A DNA stretch of 44,884 nucleotides from an uncultured Bifidobacterium sp. (lineage in GTDB: Bacteria; Fibrobacterota; Fibrobacteria; UBA11236). The stretch covers positions 1-44,884 of the forward strand of contig CAYQFG010000003.1 of NCBI GenBank assembly GCA_964416695.1, in the 5' to 3' direction. Under the pieces are notes generated by a model, which saw only the letters and a program-made list of their open reading frames with translations, searched no databases and was not told where the DNA came from. A program made the translations under genes and the position numbers. Shown piece by piece: positions 29,810 to 38,794 of the stretch. The number at the start of each line of letters is the position of its first letter. Position 1 is the first letter of the stretch.

Positions 29810-30658
29810 TTACACCCAGCTCTTGACCGTTTCCACCAGCGGCGTCGTCGGACGCCCCAGCAAGCGCGCCAGATCCCCGCTGTTCACCTCGATCTCGCCA
29901 TCGGCGGTGTTCTTGTCCAGCATGGCCACGAAGCCGGCCGTTCCCTCGTCCAGACCGAAGCCCTTCAGGGTCGCGACATGCTCCTCCATGCTCACGTTGC
30001 GATAGGCCACCGGGCGGCGCAGCACCTTCACGAACGCCTCGGCGAGGCCGGCCATCGTCCACGCCGTATCGCCGCCCAGCTCGTAGGTCTTGCCCTCGTG
30101 CCCGGCCTCCGTCAGCACCCGGGCGGCGGCCTCCGCGTAGTCCGCGCGCGGCGCGCTGGACACGCGACCTTCGCCGGCGCTGCCGATCAGCTCGCCGGTC
30201 GCCTTCGCGGTGTCGAAAGCCTGCCTGTAGTTTTCCGTGTACCACCCGTTGCGCAGGATCGTGAACGGCACCCCCGATGCGCGCAGCACCTCTTCGGTCG
30301 CCTTGTGTTCGGGCGCGAGCACCAATGTGGACACATCCGCCCGCGGGGCGCTGGTGTAGACGATGCGGGACACGCCCGCCTTCTTCGCCGCTTCGATCAC
30401 ACGGGTGTGCTGCGTCGCGCGCTTGCCCACCTCGCTGGAGGAAATGAGCATCAAGGTGGTGCCGGGGGTGAGAACGCCTTCGGCGGGTGCATTGAAGTCG
30501 AAGGCGGCGGTCCGCACGCCGCGCGCGGCGAGGGGCGCCAGCTTGTCGACCGCACGGCCGGTGGCGAGGATCTCGCCGGGTTTGACGCCGCGCGCGAGCA
30601 GGGATTCAACGACGAGACGGCCGAGATGGCCCGTGGCTCCGGTGATGATGAAAGACAT
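29810..30658 (-). CDS. NmrA-like / SDR-family NAD(P)H-binding oxidoreductase
   Basis: MSFIITGATGHLGRLVVESLL Rossmann motif. Overall YtfG/QorB-like layout. Confidence 0.85.
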   Translation of the reverse strand: MSFIITGATGHLGRLVVESLLARGVKPGEILATGRAVDKLAPLAARGVRTAAFDFNAPAEGVLTPGTTLMLISSSEVGKRATQHTRVIEAAKKAGVSRIVYTSAPRADVSTLVLAPEHKATEEVLRASGVPFTILRNGWYTENYRQAFDTAKATGELIGSAGEGRVSSAPRADYAEAAARVLTEAGHEGKTYELGGDTAWTMAGLAEAFVKVLRRPVAYRNVSMEEHVATLKGFGLDEGTAGFVAMLDKNTADGEIEVNSGDLARLLGRPTTPLVETVKSWV

Positions 30659-30776
30659 GTAGACCTCCGTGAAACTGCGTGGCCCGTCATAGGGAGGGGA
30701 CGCTGGGGTGAATGGTTGAGTGCGGCCCCGGCTGAGCCCCTTGTCGGGACGCATCCGGTGATTGCCAGAACCAAAT

Positions 30777-30796
30777 ATAGTTTATATATTAACTAT
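30777..30796. promoter_or_regulatory. AT-rich inverted repeat ATAGTT-N8-AACTAT in the divergent promoter region
   Basis: About 30 nt of very low GC (30771-30800) in a GC-rich spacer between the NmrA-like (-) and dioxygenase (+) genes. Confidence 0.4.
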
Positions 30797-31036
30797 CGTT
30801 GAAACAAAGAGCTTGAGCCCGAAACGGATCCGAAACGGATCCGGAACACCAGACCGGAAAACCGGACTTCGCACCGCCCCGGTATCGGTCGGTTCGCCCG
30901 GACGGGTCCCGCCCCCTCAGATGAAGGTCTGGCAGGGCCCTCCCAAACTACATCTCTGGCCGCCCCCGCCCACCGCGCGGGCCGCCTTCCCCGGACGGGC
31001 GACCGCCTCTCCGGGACACCGTGAAAGGAGTTCTCC

Positions 31037-31909
31037 ATGAATGCCTCCACATCGTCCGCAACCACGTCGGCCAACACGGCCGCACGCATGCCCGTCGTCT
31101 TCCTCCCTCACGGAGGAGGCCCGTGGCCGTTCGTGAAAATAGGCTGGGAGAACGCGCCCGGTTACCAGGCCGAGTACGATTCGCTGTACGCCTACCTCCA
31201 GTCGGTGGCCCAGCTCCCGCCCGTGCCGCCGAAGGCCATCCTCGTCATTTCAGGCCACTGGGAGACGCGTGTGCCCACGGTGCAAACGAACCCGCAACCG
31301 CCCTTGCTGTACGACTACAGCGGCTTTCCGCCCGAGTCGTACCAAATCACCTGGCCCGCACCCGGGTCGCCGGAGCTGGCCGCGCGCGTGCGCACACTGC
31401 TGGAAGGCACCGGGTTCCCGACGGCGGAGGATGCGGAGCGTGGCTACGATCACGGCACGTTCATTCCGCTCAAGGTGACGTGGCCCGAACCGCGGATTCC
31501 GGTCATCCAGTTGTCCCTGGTGGCGGGAATGGATGTGGAGACCCACATCCGGTTGGGGAAGGCCCTGGCGCCGCTGCGTGACGAAGGGGTGATGATCGTC
31601 GGCAGCGGCATGTCGTACCACAACCTCCGCGAGTTGTTCGACCGTACGACCGCCGCGCCCGTGGCCGAGGCCTTCGACGCCTGGCTGCAGGCCGCGGCCA
31701 CGGCGGCTCCCGCCGAGCGGGACGCGGCCCTGAGGGCGTGGGAGGCCGCGCCGGGGGCGAGGCGCGCGCACCCGCGCGAGGAGCATCTGATCCCCCTGAT
31801 GGTGGTCGCCGGCGCGGCGGGAGACGACGTGCTGCACACGGCGTGGAGCGGGACCTTCCTGGGCGCCCGGATCACCGCGTTCGCCACGGCCGCGCCCCCC
31901 GCCGCGTGA
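31037..31909 (+). CDS. class III extradiol dioxygenase, YgiD/4,5-DOPA dioxygenase-like
   Basis: AAAGGAG 6 nt upstream of the ATG. Motifs VVFLPHGGGP, ISGHWE, LLYDYSGFPPESY, YPAPGSPELA, GYDHGTFIPL, IPVIQLSL. Confidence 0.8.
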   Translation: MNASTSSATTSANTAARMPVVFLPHGGGPWPFVKIGWENAPGYQAEYDSLYAYLQSVAQLPPVPPKAILVISGHWETRVPTVQTNPQPPLLYDYSGFPPESYQITWPAPGSPELAARVRTLLEGTGFPTAEDAERGYDHGTFIPLKVTWPEPRIPVIQLSLVAGMDVETHIRLGKALAPLRDEGVMIVGSGMSYHNLRELFDRTTAAPVAEAFDAWLQAAATAAPAERDAALRAWEAAPGARRAHPREEHLIPLMVVAGAAGDDVLHTAWSGTFLGARITAFATAAPPAA

Positions 31910-32114
31910 CCCGGCGAGACCGGAGCGGCTGACGCCACGTGGCGGGCGGCGACCTCCGTGCACGCGACACGAGAGGCCGTCTTTGCGGGCCGCGGCCACC
32001 CGCCGCGGCCCGGATCGTCCCCGTGTGAGGACAAAACCGCCCCGGGCCCCCGTCCCCGCCCGTGTGCGGCCTCCGCCGTCCGGCCGGGCCTGAAACCACC
32101 CTTTTTCACTGAAT

Positions 32115-32206
32115 TTCAGCAAGTTTACCGGCCCGGCCGCCCGGAAGCCGGCAGGCTTCCGCTTCCGCCCCCCGCCCCCGTCCGAAACATTTCTGCAAGA
32201 TTACGG
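32115..32206 (+). promoter_or_regulatory. two copies of a 16-nt motif TTCWGCAAGWTTACSG upstream of DUF47-pit
   Basis: TTCAGCAAGTTTACCG at 32115-32130 and TTCTGCAAGATTACGG at 32191-32206. Confidence 0.35.
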
Positions 32207-32273
32207 TTTCGCCTGCCCCCCGGGAAACCTATCTTGCGCCCCGCAATCAGGACTCCTGGGTGAGAGGACGGAA

Positions 32274-32897
32274 ATGTTCAACAAGCTGATTCCCACCAAC
32301 ACGCGCTTCTACACGCTCCTGGAAAAAAGCGCTTCGATTCTGGAGCAGGGCGGCGAGACGCTGGTCGAGTTCATCGACCACCCCGAGCGGGCCGCCGAAG
32401 CCGCCGCCCGGCTGGTCAAGCTGGAGCACGACGGCGACGAACTGACCTACGAATTGTTCGTCCTGCTGGATAAAAGCTTCATCACCCCCATCGACCGCGA
32501 GGACATCCACGAGCTCGCCCAGGCGCTGGACGACTGCCTGGACAAGATCGAGTCGGTGACCGAGCGCATGCAGCTCTACACCCTGACCACCCGCACCGAG
32601 CACACGCGCCATCTGGCGAGCATCATCCACCGGCAGACGATGCAGGTGCATGCGGCGCTGGCGATCATGAAGGGCTTCAAGTACGAGAAGATCATCCCCC
32701 ACTGCAAGGAGATCAACCAGCTGGAAAGCCAGGCGGACAAGGCCGGCCGCGATGCGCTGGTGAGCCTGTTCCGCATGACCACCGACCCGCTGCAGGTGAT
32801 GAAGTGGAAGGACATCTACGACTATCTCGAGTCGGTGTCCGACAAATGCAAGGACGTGGCGGGCATCGTCGAACGGATCGTGCTGAAGCATGGCTGA
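32274..32897 (+). CDS. DUF47 / PhoU-like Pit accessory protein
   Basis: MFNKLIPTNTRFYTLLEKSA...DREDIHELAQALDD... is typical of the DUF47 family that precedes pit. Overlaps the pit start by 8 nt. Confidence 0.85.
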   Translation: MFNKLIPTNTRFYTLLEKSASILEQGGETLVEFIDHPERAAEAAARLVKLEHDGDELTYELFVLLDKSFITPIDREDIHELAQALDDCLDKIESVTERMQLYTLTTRTEHTRHLASIIHRQTMQVHAALAIMKGFKYEKIIPHCKEINQLESQADKAGRDALVSLFRMTTDPLQVMKWKDIYDYLESVSDKCKDVAGIVERIVLKHG

Positions 32898-33897
32898 GGG
32901 ACTTCTGATCATCGGGCTGGTGGTCGTCATCGCCCTCATCTTCGACTACATCAACGGCATGCACGATGCCGCCAACGCGATTGCGACCGTGGTCTCCACG
33001 CGCGTGCTGTCCCCCAAGCAGGCCGTGCTGATGGCCGCAGTCCTCAACTTCGCGGGCGCCTTCATGTCCACCGCCGTGGCGAACACCATCGGCAAGGGCA
33101 TCGTGGATCCCACGCTGGTTTCCAACGGCATCATCATCGCCGCGCTGATCGGCGCGATCGCCTGGAACATGCTGACGTGGTACTTCGGCATTCCCAGCTC
33201 CTCCTCGCACGCGCTGATCGGCGGCGTGATCGGCGGTGCGGCCTCCTACCACGGCTTCGGATCCCTCAACGGCGAAGGCCTGCTCAAGATCCTCAAGGCG
33301 CTCGTGCTCTCCCCCGTGTTCGGCCTCATCGGCGGTTTCGTGCTCATGGTGGCCATCATGTGGATCTTCCGCAACGCCAAGGCCGGACTGGTCAACCGCT
33401 CGTTCAAGGTCATGCAGGTGGGTTCGGCGGGCTTCATGGCGTTGAGCCACGGCTCCAACGACGCGCAGAAGATCATGGGCGTGATCGCCATGGCGCTGTT
33501 CGGAGCCGGCTACATCTCCGACTTCCACATTCCGTTCTGGGTGGTGTTCGCCTGTGCGGCCACCATCGCCATCGGCACCGCCACGGGCGGCTGGCGCATC
33601 ATCAAGACCATGGGCGTGAAGATGATCAAGCTGCAGCCGGTGAACGGATTCGCGGCCGAGACGGCGGCCTCCGCGGTGATCCTCGGCGCGACGCACATGG
33701 GCGTGCCGGTGTCCACCACGCACGTCATCTCGGGCTCCATCATGGGCGTGGGATCGGCCAAGCGCTTCAACGCCGTGCGCTGGGGCGTGGCGGGCAACAT
33801 GGTGGTGGCGTGGATCCTGACCATTCCCGCGACGGCTCTGGTGGCCTGGCTGGTGGGCAAGACGCTGCTGGCCATTCCCGTCGACTCGCTGCACTGA
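32890..33897 (+). CDS. pit: inorganic phosphate transporter, PiT family
   Basis: FDYINGMHDAANAIATVVSTR and GSNDAQKIMG signatures (duplicated PHO4 motifs). About 10 TM segments. Confidence 0.93.
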   Translation: MAEGLLIIGLVVVIALIFDYINGMHDAANAIATVVSTRVLSPKQAVLMAAVLNFAGAFMSTAVANTIGKGIVDPTLVSNGIIIAALIGAIAWNMLTWYFGIPSSSSHALIGGVIGGAASYHGFGSLNGEGLLKILKALVLSPVFGLIGGFVLMVAIMWIFRNAKAGLVNRSFKVMQVGSAGFMALSHGSNDAQKIMGVIAMALFGAGYISDFHIPFWVVFACAATIAIGTATGGWRIIKTMGVKMIKLQPVNGFAAETAASAVILGATHMGVPVSTTHVISGSIMGVGSAKRFNAVRWGVAGNMVVAWILTIPATALVAWLVGKTLLAIPVDSLH

Positions 33898-33947
33898 TCC
33901 CGGCCTCGGCCCGACCACGCGCCCCCGTTTTCAAACGCTGTTTCAAA

Positions 33948-33979
33948 CGCTCTCCGGACTCCGGGGAGCGTTTTTTTTT
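33948..33979 (+). terminator. rho-independent terminator after pit
   Basis: CGCTCTCCGG-act-CCGGGGAGCG followed by T9. Confidence 0.8.
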
Positions 33980-34226
33980 GTGTGATCCCTATGTGGATGT
34001 TTGAGGGTAAAAAGGGTGAAGGAGTGTTGGGGGTGGGGCGGCTTCGCCGCGGTTCCGGAGGGCCTCCGGGAGGGAGGCGCGACAGACACGGAGGCCGGGT
34101 AGTCCGCACCGAAGACTGCACAGTCGCGCAGGGTCGCACAGGGTCGCGCACGGGTCGAAACAAGGGGCGAGAGCTGGCGCAGGTTTCAGCGGCTCTCCAC
34201 CGCTCTCCACTGTAAGCGCCCGGGGT

Positions 34227-34811
34227 TCAGAAGAGCCGCATCGTGCCGCGCCGGAAGGCGATCACCCCCGCGAGCGACAGGCTGCCGGCCCCGACGACGG
34301 CGGGAAACAATACCGTCGTGACAGAGTAATGTTCCAACGCGAGGACGACGAGAAGGTTGCGCAACCCGGCGAGCGCGTAAAAGCCGACGCGCTCCGTGTG
34401 GGGCGAGACCCAGGCGGAGCGGAAGGTGGGGCCGAACCCCGCCATGTCGACGGTGGTGAGGATGACGACGGCCCACAGGGGGTCGGCGGTGAAAACCCAG
34501 GCGGGGATGGCGGCGAGCGCGGCGAGGAAAAACATCCAGTCGCCGCGCGTGATGGCGGTGTCGGCGCGATGGCTCCACGCCAGCCACGCCACGTAGAAGG
34601 TGATCAAGCCGGACACGCCGATGGGCCACGCGCCGATGCCGCCGCCGCCCGCGAGCTGCGCGAGGAAGACGACGAAGGTGCCCAGGCCCCAGATGATCCA
34701 CGAGAACAGGTGGGGACGGGTTCGGCCGCCGCGGATGGAACGGATGTACGGAACGAAAATGACGAAGGTCAGCACGAGGGCCGCGGCGCTGAGGAGTTCC
34801 TTCCAGGGCAT
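34227..34811 (-). CDS. hypothetical polytopic membrane protein
   Basis: Six or so hydrophobic segments. Start uncertain: ATG 34811 or TTG 34862, neither with a good ribosome-binding site. Confidence 0.5.
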   Translation of the reverse strand: MPWKELLSAAALVLTFVIFVPYIRSIRGGRTRPHLFSWIIWGLGTFVVFLAQLAGGGGIGAWPIGVSGLITFYVAWLAWSHRADTAITRGDWMFFLAALAAIPAWVFTADPLWAVVILTTVDMAGFGPTFRSAWVSPHTERVGFYALAGLRNLLVVLALEHYSVTTVLFPAVVGAGSLSLAGVIAFRRGTMRLF

Positions 34812-34997
34812 GGGGTCAAGATAGAATGGGTCCGTGACGAACGTTATGAAGACGAAGGCCAATCCGGGTTCTGGCGATCACGCCTCCAATTGGCAGGATT
34901 CGCGCGGATGCAGGCGCGGATGCGGTCCAACGATCGTTCGTGGCGGATGACATGGTCGCGATGATGACAGCGATCACGATACGACCTGATTCCCCTC

Positions 34998-35846
34998 TCA
35001 CCGCTCCTTCGGATCCAACGCATCCTTCAACGCGTCGTTGAAGATGTTGAACGCCAGCACGAGCACGAACAAGGCCGCCGTGGCGGCGGCGAACTGCCAC
35101 CACACCCCGCGCCCCACGAGCTCCAGACGCGCGTCATCGATCATCACCCCCCAGCTTGGGAAGTTCTGCACGCCCACCCCGAGGTAGGACAAAATCACCT
35201 CGCTCTTGATCGCGTACACGAACACCAGCGACGCCTGCACCAGCACGAGGTGGAGCACGTTCGGCAGCAGATGCACGAACAGGATGCGCGCGTTGCCCGC
35301 GCCCAACGAACGCGCGGCGCGCACGTAATCGAGTTCCTTCTGCCGGATCGTCTCGCCGCGCACCACGCGGCACGTGCTCACCCAGGAAGTCACACCCAGC
35401 GCAATGCAGACGGTCGCGAGACCCTTCCCCGTCGGCAACACCAGCGCCAGCGCCAGCAGCAACAAGATTGTGGGGATGGCGTCCAAAGTGGAGTACAACC
35501 ACACCACGATGGCATCCACCCACCCGCGGAAGTACCCGGAGATCAGTCCCAGCGCCGCCCCCACCGGAATCGCGATCGCCGTGGAAAAGAACCCCACGAT
35601 CAGGGCCACGCGCGACCCTTGCACCACGCGATCCCACACCGACCGACCCAGCACGTCGAACCCGAAGGGATGCGTCCACGAAGGCGGCGCGTAGGCTTCT
35701 CCAGTCTGGGTCGCGTACCCCGGCGCCAACACGCCGACCAACGCCAGCAAGCCCGCCAGCACATATAGCGCGATCACGGCGAACGAGGCGAGCGCCAGGG
35801 GGTCGCGTCGCAGCCGCCGCATGACCTGGAGGATCAGGAGGCGCAT
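34998..35846 (-). CDS. peptide/nickel-type ABC transporter permease (DppC/OppC-like)
   Basis: HPFGFDVLGRSVWDRVV..., EAA-loop region ARSLGAGNARILFVHLLPN. ATG overlaps the stop of the upstream permease (TGATG). Confidence 0.88.
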   Translation of the reverse strand: MRLLILQVMRRLRRDPLALASFAVIALYVLAGLLALVGVLAPGYATQTGEAYAPPSWTHPFGFDVLGRSVWDRVVQGSRVALIVGFFSTAIAIPVGAALGLISGYFRGWVDAIVVWLYSTLDAIPTILLLLALALVLPTGKGLATVCIALGVTSWVSTCRVVRGETIRQKELDYVRAARSLGAGNARILFVHLLPNVLHLVLVQASLVFVYAIKSEVILSYLGVGVQNFPSWGVMIDDARLELVGRGVWWQFAAATAALFVLVLAFNIFNDALKDALDPKER

Positions 35847-36778
35847 CAGGCTCTCCTCACGCGGGGATCGAACACGCTGTACAAGGCATCGCCGAGGATG
35901 TTGGCGCCGATGTACAGTAAGGCGCCGATGAAGGTGACGGCCTTGATCACCGGCAGATCGGACGCGTTGATGGCGTTGATGCTCATGTTTCCCAGTCCCG
36001 GAATGCCGAAAAAGTTTTCCAGCAGCAGTGATCCGGTGAACAGCATCGGCAACTCCATCACGACATGTGTCAGCACGGGGATCATTGCATTGGGCAAAAC
36101 GTGCCGGCCCATGATGCGCGGCCATGCCAGGCCCTTGGCCCGCGCGGTGACGACATACTCCTTGCGCATCTCCTCAAGGAAGGCCGCGCGGTAAAACCGG
36201 ACGGCCGATCCGAGTGACGCGGCCACCCAGATGGCCACCGGGAGCACGAGAAAGGGAACGCCGCGCAACCCGGGCTCCCACCCCGAAATGGGAAACCAGC
36301 CGAGCCGGAAGGCGAAGATGTACTGCGCGGCGATGATGAAGGCCAGCACGCTCAGGCTCATGCCGGCCACCGCCAGGGTGACCAGCAGGCGGTCAGGCCA
36401 GCGGTCGCGATATAGCGCGGCGAGCAGGGCGACCGCGACCGCGATCACCGTCGCCGCCAGAAAGGCAGGGATGGCGAGCGACAGCGAGGGCCCGATCCCG
36501 TCGGCCAGCATTTCGCTGACGCGCTGCTTCGTTTCCCAGGAGCGGCCGAAGTCGAACCGCGCGAGGTCACCCACGTAATCCAGGTATTGTTTCCACAACG
36601 GCTGATCCAGACCGAGTTGGCGCGTCATGCGCGCGACTTCCTCGGGCGTCGCGCTTTTGTCCAGCAAACGGTAAACGGGATTCCCGCCGACCCAGTGGAA
36701 CAGGCCGAAAATCACCAGGGTGATCCCGAAGATGATGGCCGCTGCATGCGCGAGACGACGGAGGAGGAAGGTCAGCAC
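35846..36778 (-). CDS. peptide/nickel-type ABC transporter permease (DppB/OppB-like)
   Basis: VLTFLLRRLAHAAAIIFGITLVIF N-terminus. ARAKGLAWPRIMGRHVLPNA EAA loop. GTG 36778 preferred; TTG 36817 is the longest alternative. Confidence 0.85.
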   Translation of the reverse strand: MLTFLLRRLAHAAAIIFGITLVIFGLFHWVGGNPVYRLLDKSATPEEVARMTRQLGLDQPLWKQYLDYVGDLARFDFGRSWETKQRVSEMLADGIGPSLSLAIPAFLAATVIAVAVALLAALYRDRWPDRLLVTLAVAGMSLSVLAFIIAAQYIFAFRLGWFPISGWEPGLRGVPFLVLPVAIWVAASLGSAVRFYRAAFLEEMRKEYVVTARAKGLAWPRIMGRHVLPNAMIPVLTHVVMELPMLFTGSLLLENFFGIPGLGNMSINAINASDLPVIKAVTFIGALLYIGANILGDALYSVFDPRVRRA

Positions 36779-36860
36779 GGAGATGCCCCCGAATAATGCC
36801 CAATGAGCAATGAGCAATGCTCTAAAGGCAAAGCGGACCGGAAAACCAACTCAGTGGAAC

Positions 36861-36888
36861 TTGAGAATTGAGCGTTGAGCCTTGAGCA
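36861..36888. repeat. (TTGAGNN)x4 heptamer repeat in the binding protein-permease spacer
   Basis: TTGAG at 36861, 36868, 36875 and 36882. A second repeat (CAATGAG)x2.5 lies at 36801-36819. Confidence 0.7.
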
Positions 36889-36895
36889 TTTCATC

Positions 36896-38680
36896 TCAAT
36901 CATCACCTCTCCGATCAACTCGATAGTACTTCACCGGGGCGTCAATGGCCGAGCTGGGCTTGAGGTTCTTCACGTGGTCGTAGGACAGCAGCTCCGTGAT
37001 CCGGTGCGCCACGATGATCCAGGGGCGGTCTTCGGAAATGATGTCGCGCATGCGCCGGATCAGCCGAAGGCGCTCGGGGCTGTCCGCCATGACCGCCACC
37101 TGTTCATACAACCGGTTGTATTCGGCGTTGTCATAGCTTGCATTGTTTGCGCCCGGAGGCGCATTGGGACCGTACAACAGCTGGAGGAAGTTTTCGGGGT
37201 CGGGATAATCCGCCATCCACGACGCGCCCGCCATCTGGAACTTGCCCGTCCGGATGCGTTCGAGATATTCCGGCCAGGTGGCCGATTCGACCCGGACGCG
37301 TATGCCGAGTGCCGCCATGTTCTGCGCGAAGTGTTCGCCGCGTTGCCGGGCCTCGGTATTGGCCACCGTGAGGTAAACCAGCTCCGGAAACCCCCGGCCG
37401 TCCGGATACCCCGCCTCCGCCAAGAGCGCCCGCGCGCGCGCCACATCGTAGGTTCCAAGAGGGCTGACATAGTCCTCTTCATGCCCGAACAACCCGGGTG
37501 GAATGATGCCATGCGCGCGCACGCCGCGGCCATTGTAAAAGCGGCTCACCACGGTTTCCACGTCGTATCCCAACTGGAGCGCCTGACGCAACTTGCGGTT
37601 GCCGCCGATCACGGGATCCTTCATGTTCAGGCAGATGTACACGACGTCAAGATCGGCCATGCGGTGGAGACGAATGCCGCGCGCCTCGAATTCGCGGCGA
37701 AGTCCCCGTTCCGGATTCACCGCTTGGGCATAGTTGTCCTTGGGAATGGAGCTGCGGTCCAGGTTCCCCCGCAGAAAGTTCAGCCACATGGGTTGGGTTT
37801 CGTTGAAAATCCCGAGTTCCACACGATCAACGAAAGGCAGGGGCCGCCCCGCATCGGCAAGCAACCCCGCCGCGCTGTCCGCGGCGGTTCCCTCCACCGG
37901 ATAAAACCCGTGCCTGTACTTGGGATTCCGCACGAATGTGAGGCGTAGACCGCGCCTCCACTCCTGCAGCATGAACGGCCCTGTGCCCACCGGGTGGTTG
38001 AGGAACTCTTCCCCGTAGTGACGCAGGACCTCATGGGCGATGACATAAGCATACGGCATCGCCAGGATGTACTTGAAGTATGGATAAGGACGTGTCAGCC
38101 TGATGACGACGGTGCTGTCGTCCGGAGCATGCAAACCTTCGACGTGCCGGTCATAAAGCCCCGGCACAAGGGAATCCGGGAAGGGAGGCAAAGCCTCCGT
38201 GGCCGCCCGGAATGCGTTGAGGCCGACGATCTTGTCATCGAACACCCACCATCCGTACGTCTGTGTCCTGACGTCCGCGAGCCGCTTGATGCTGAAGACG
38301 AAATCGTGCGCCGAGATCTTCCGCCCCTTGCCGCCCGGGAAGGCTTCGTCATCCTGAAATTCAATGTCCATGCGGACAGGGATGGTGTACGTCAACCCGT
38401 CTTCGCTGACTTCGGGCAGGGCCGCCGCCAAGGCCGGCTGCACGTCGTAGGGCCGGGCGAGATACTTGTACTCGTACAGGCCTTCGTAAATCTGGTACTG
38501 GGACTGGATCGAATAGGCGTCGGAGGCCTGTGCGGGATCGAACGTCTTCAAATTTGAGACCAGGGCCCCGCGATACACGTTTCCGGGGTCGCGACCGGGA
38601 TTGCAGGCGCCCATCATGAACGCCATCGCGGCGCAGGCGGATACTGCGGAGACCATGGACCTGCGGGACGGGGGCAACAT
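36896..38680 (-). CDS. family-5 ABC substrate-binding lipoprotein (peptide/nickel type)
   Basis: MLPPSRRSMVSAVSACAAMAFMMGAC lipobox, followed by typical family-5 length and motifs. The 1081-aa ORF-track entry is a run-on upstream extension. Confidence 0.85.
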   Translation of the reverse strand: MLPPSRRSMVSAVSACAAMAFMMGACNPGRDPGNVYRGALVSNLKTFDPAQASDAYSIQSQYQIYEGLYEYKYLARPYDVQPALAAALPEVSEDGLTYTIPVRMDIEFQDDEAFPGGKGRKISAHDFVFSIKRLADVRTQTYGWWVFDDKIVGLNAFRAATEALPPFPDSLVPGLYDRHVEGLHAPDDSTVVIRLTRPYPYFKYILAMPYAYVIAHEVLRHYGEEFLNHPVGTGPFMLQEWRRGLRLTFVRNPKYRHGFYPVEGTAADSAAGLLADAGRPLPFVDRVELGIFNETQPMWLNFLRGNLDRSSIPKDNYAQAVNPERGLRREFEARGIRLHRMADLDVVYICLNMKDPVIGGNRKLRQALQLGYDVETVVSRFYNGRGVRAHGIIPPGLFGHEEDYVSPLGTYDVARARALLAEAGYPDGRGFPELVYLTVANTEARQRGEHFAQNMAALGIRVRVESATWPEYLERIRTGKFQMAGASWMADYPDPENFLQLLYGPNAPPGANNASYDNAEYNRLYEQVAVMADSPERLRLIRRMRDIISEDRPWIIVAHRITELLSYDHVKNLKPSSAIDAPVKYYRVDRRGDD

Positions 38681-38794
38681 GCCGCACAAGGTAATTTTAC
38701 GGGGGCCGGAATATCGGGAAATGCCTTGGCCCGGAGCGCCGCCGGCGCGTCCTTTTCCTAATTTCCCGCTGTCCCGATCCCTCCGAGGTGATGC

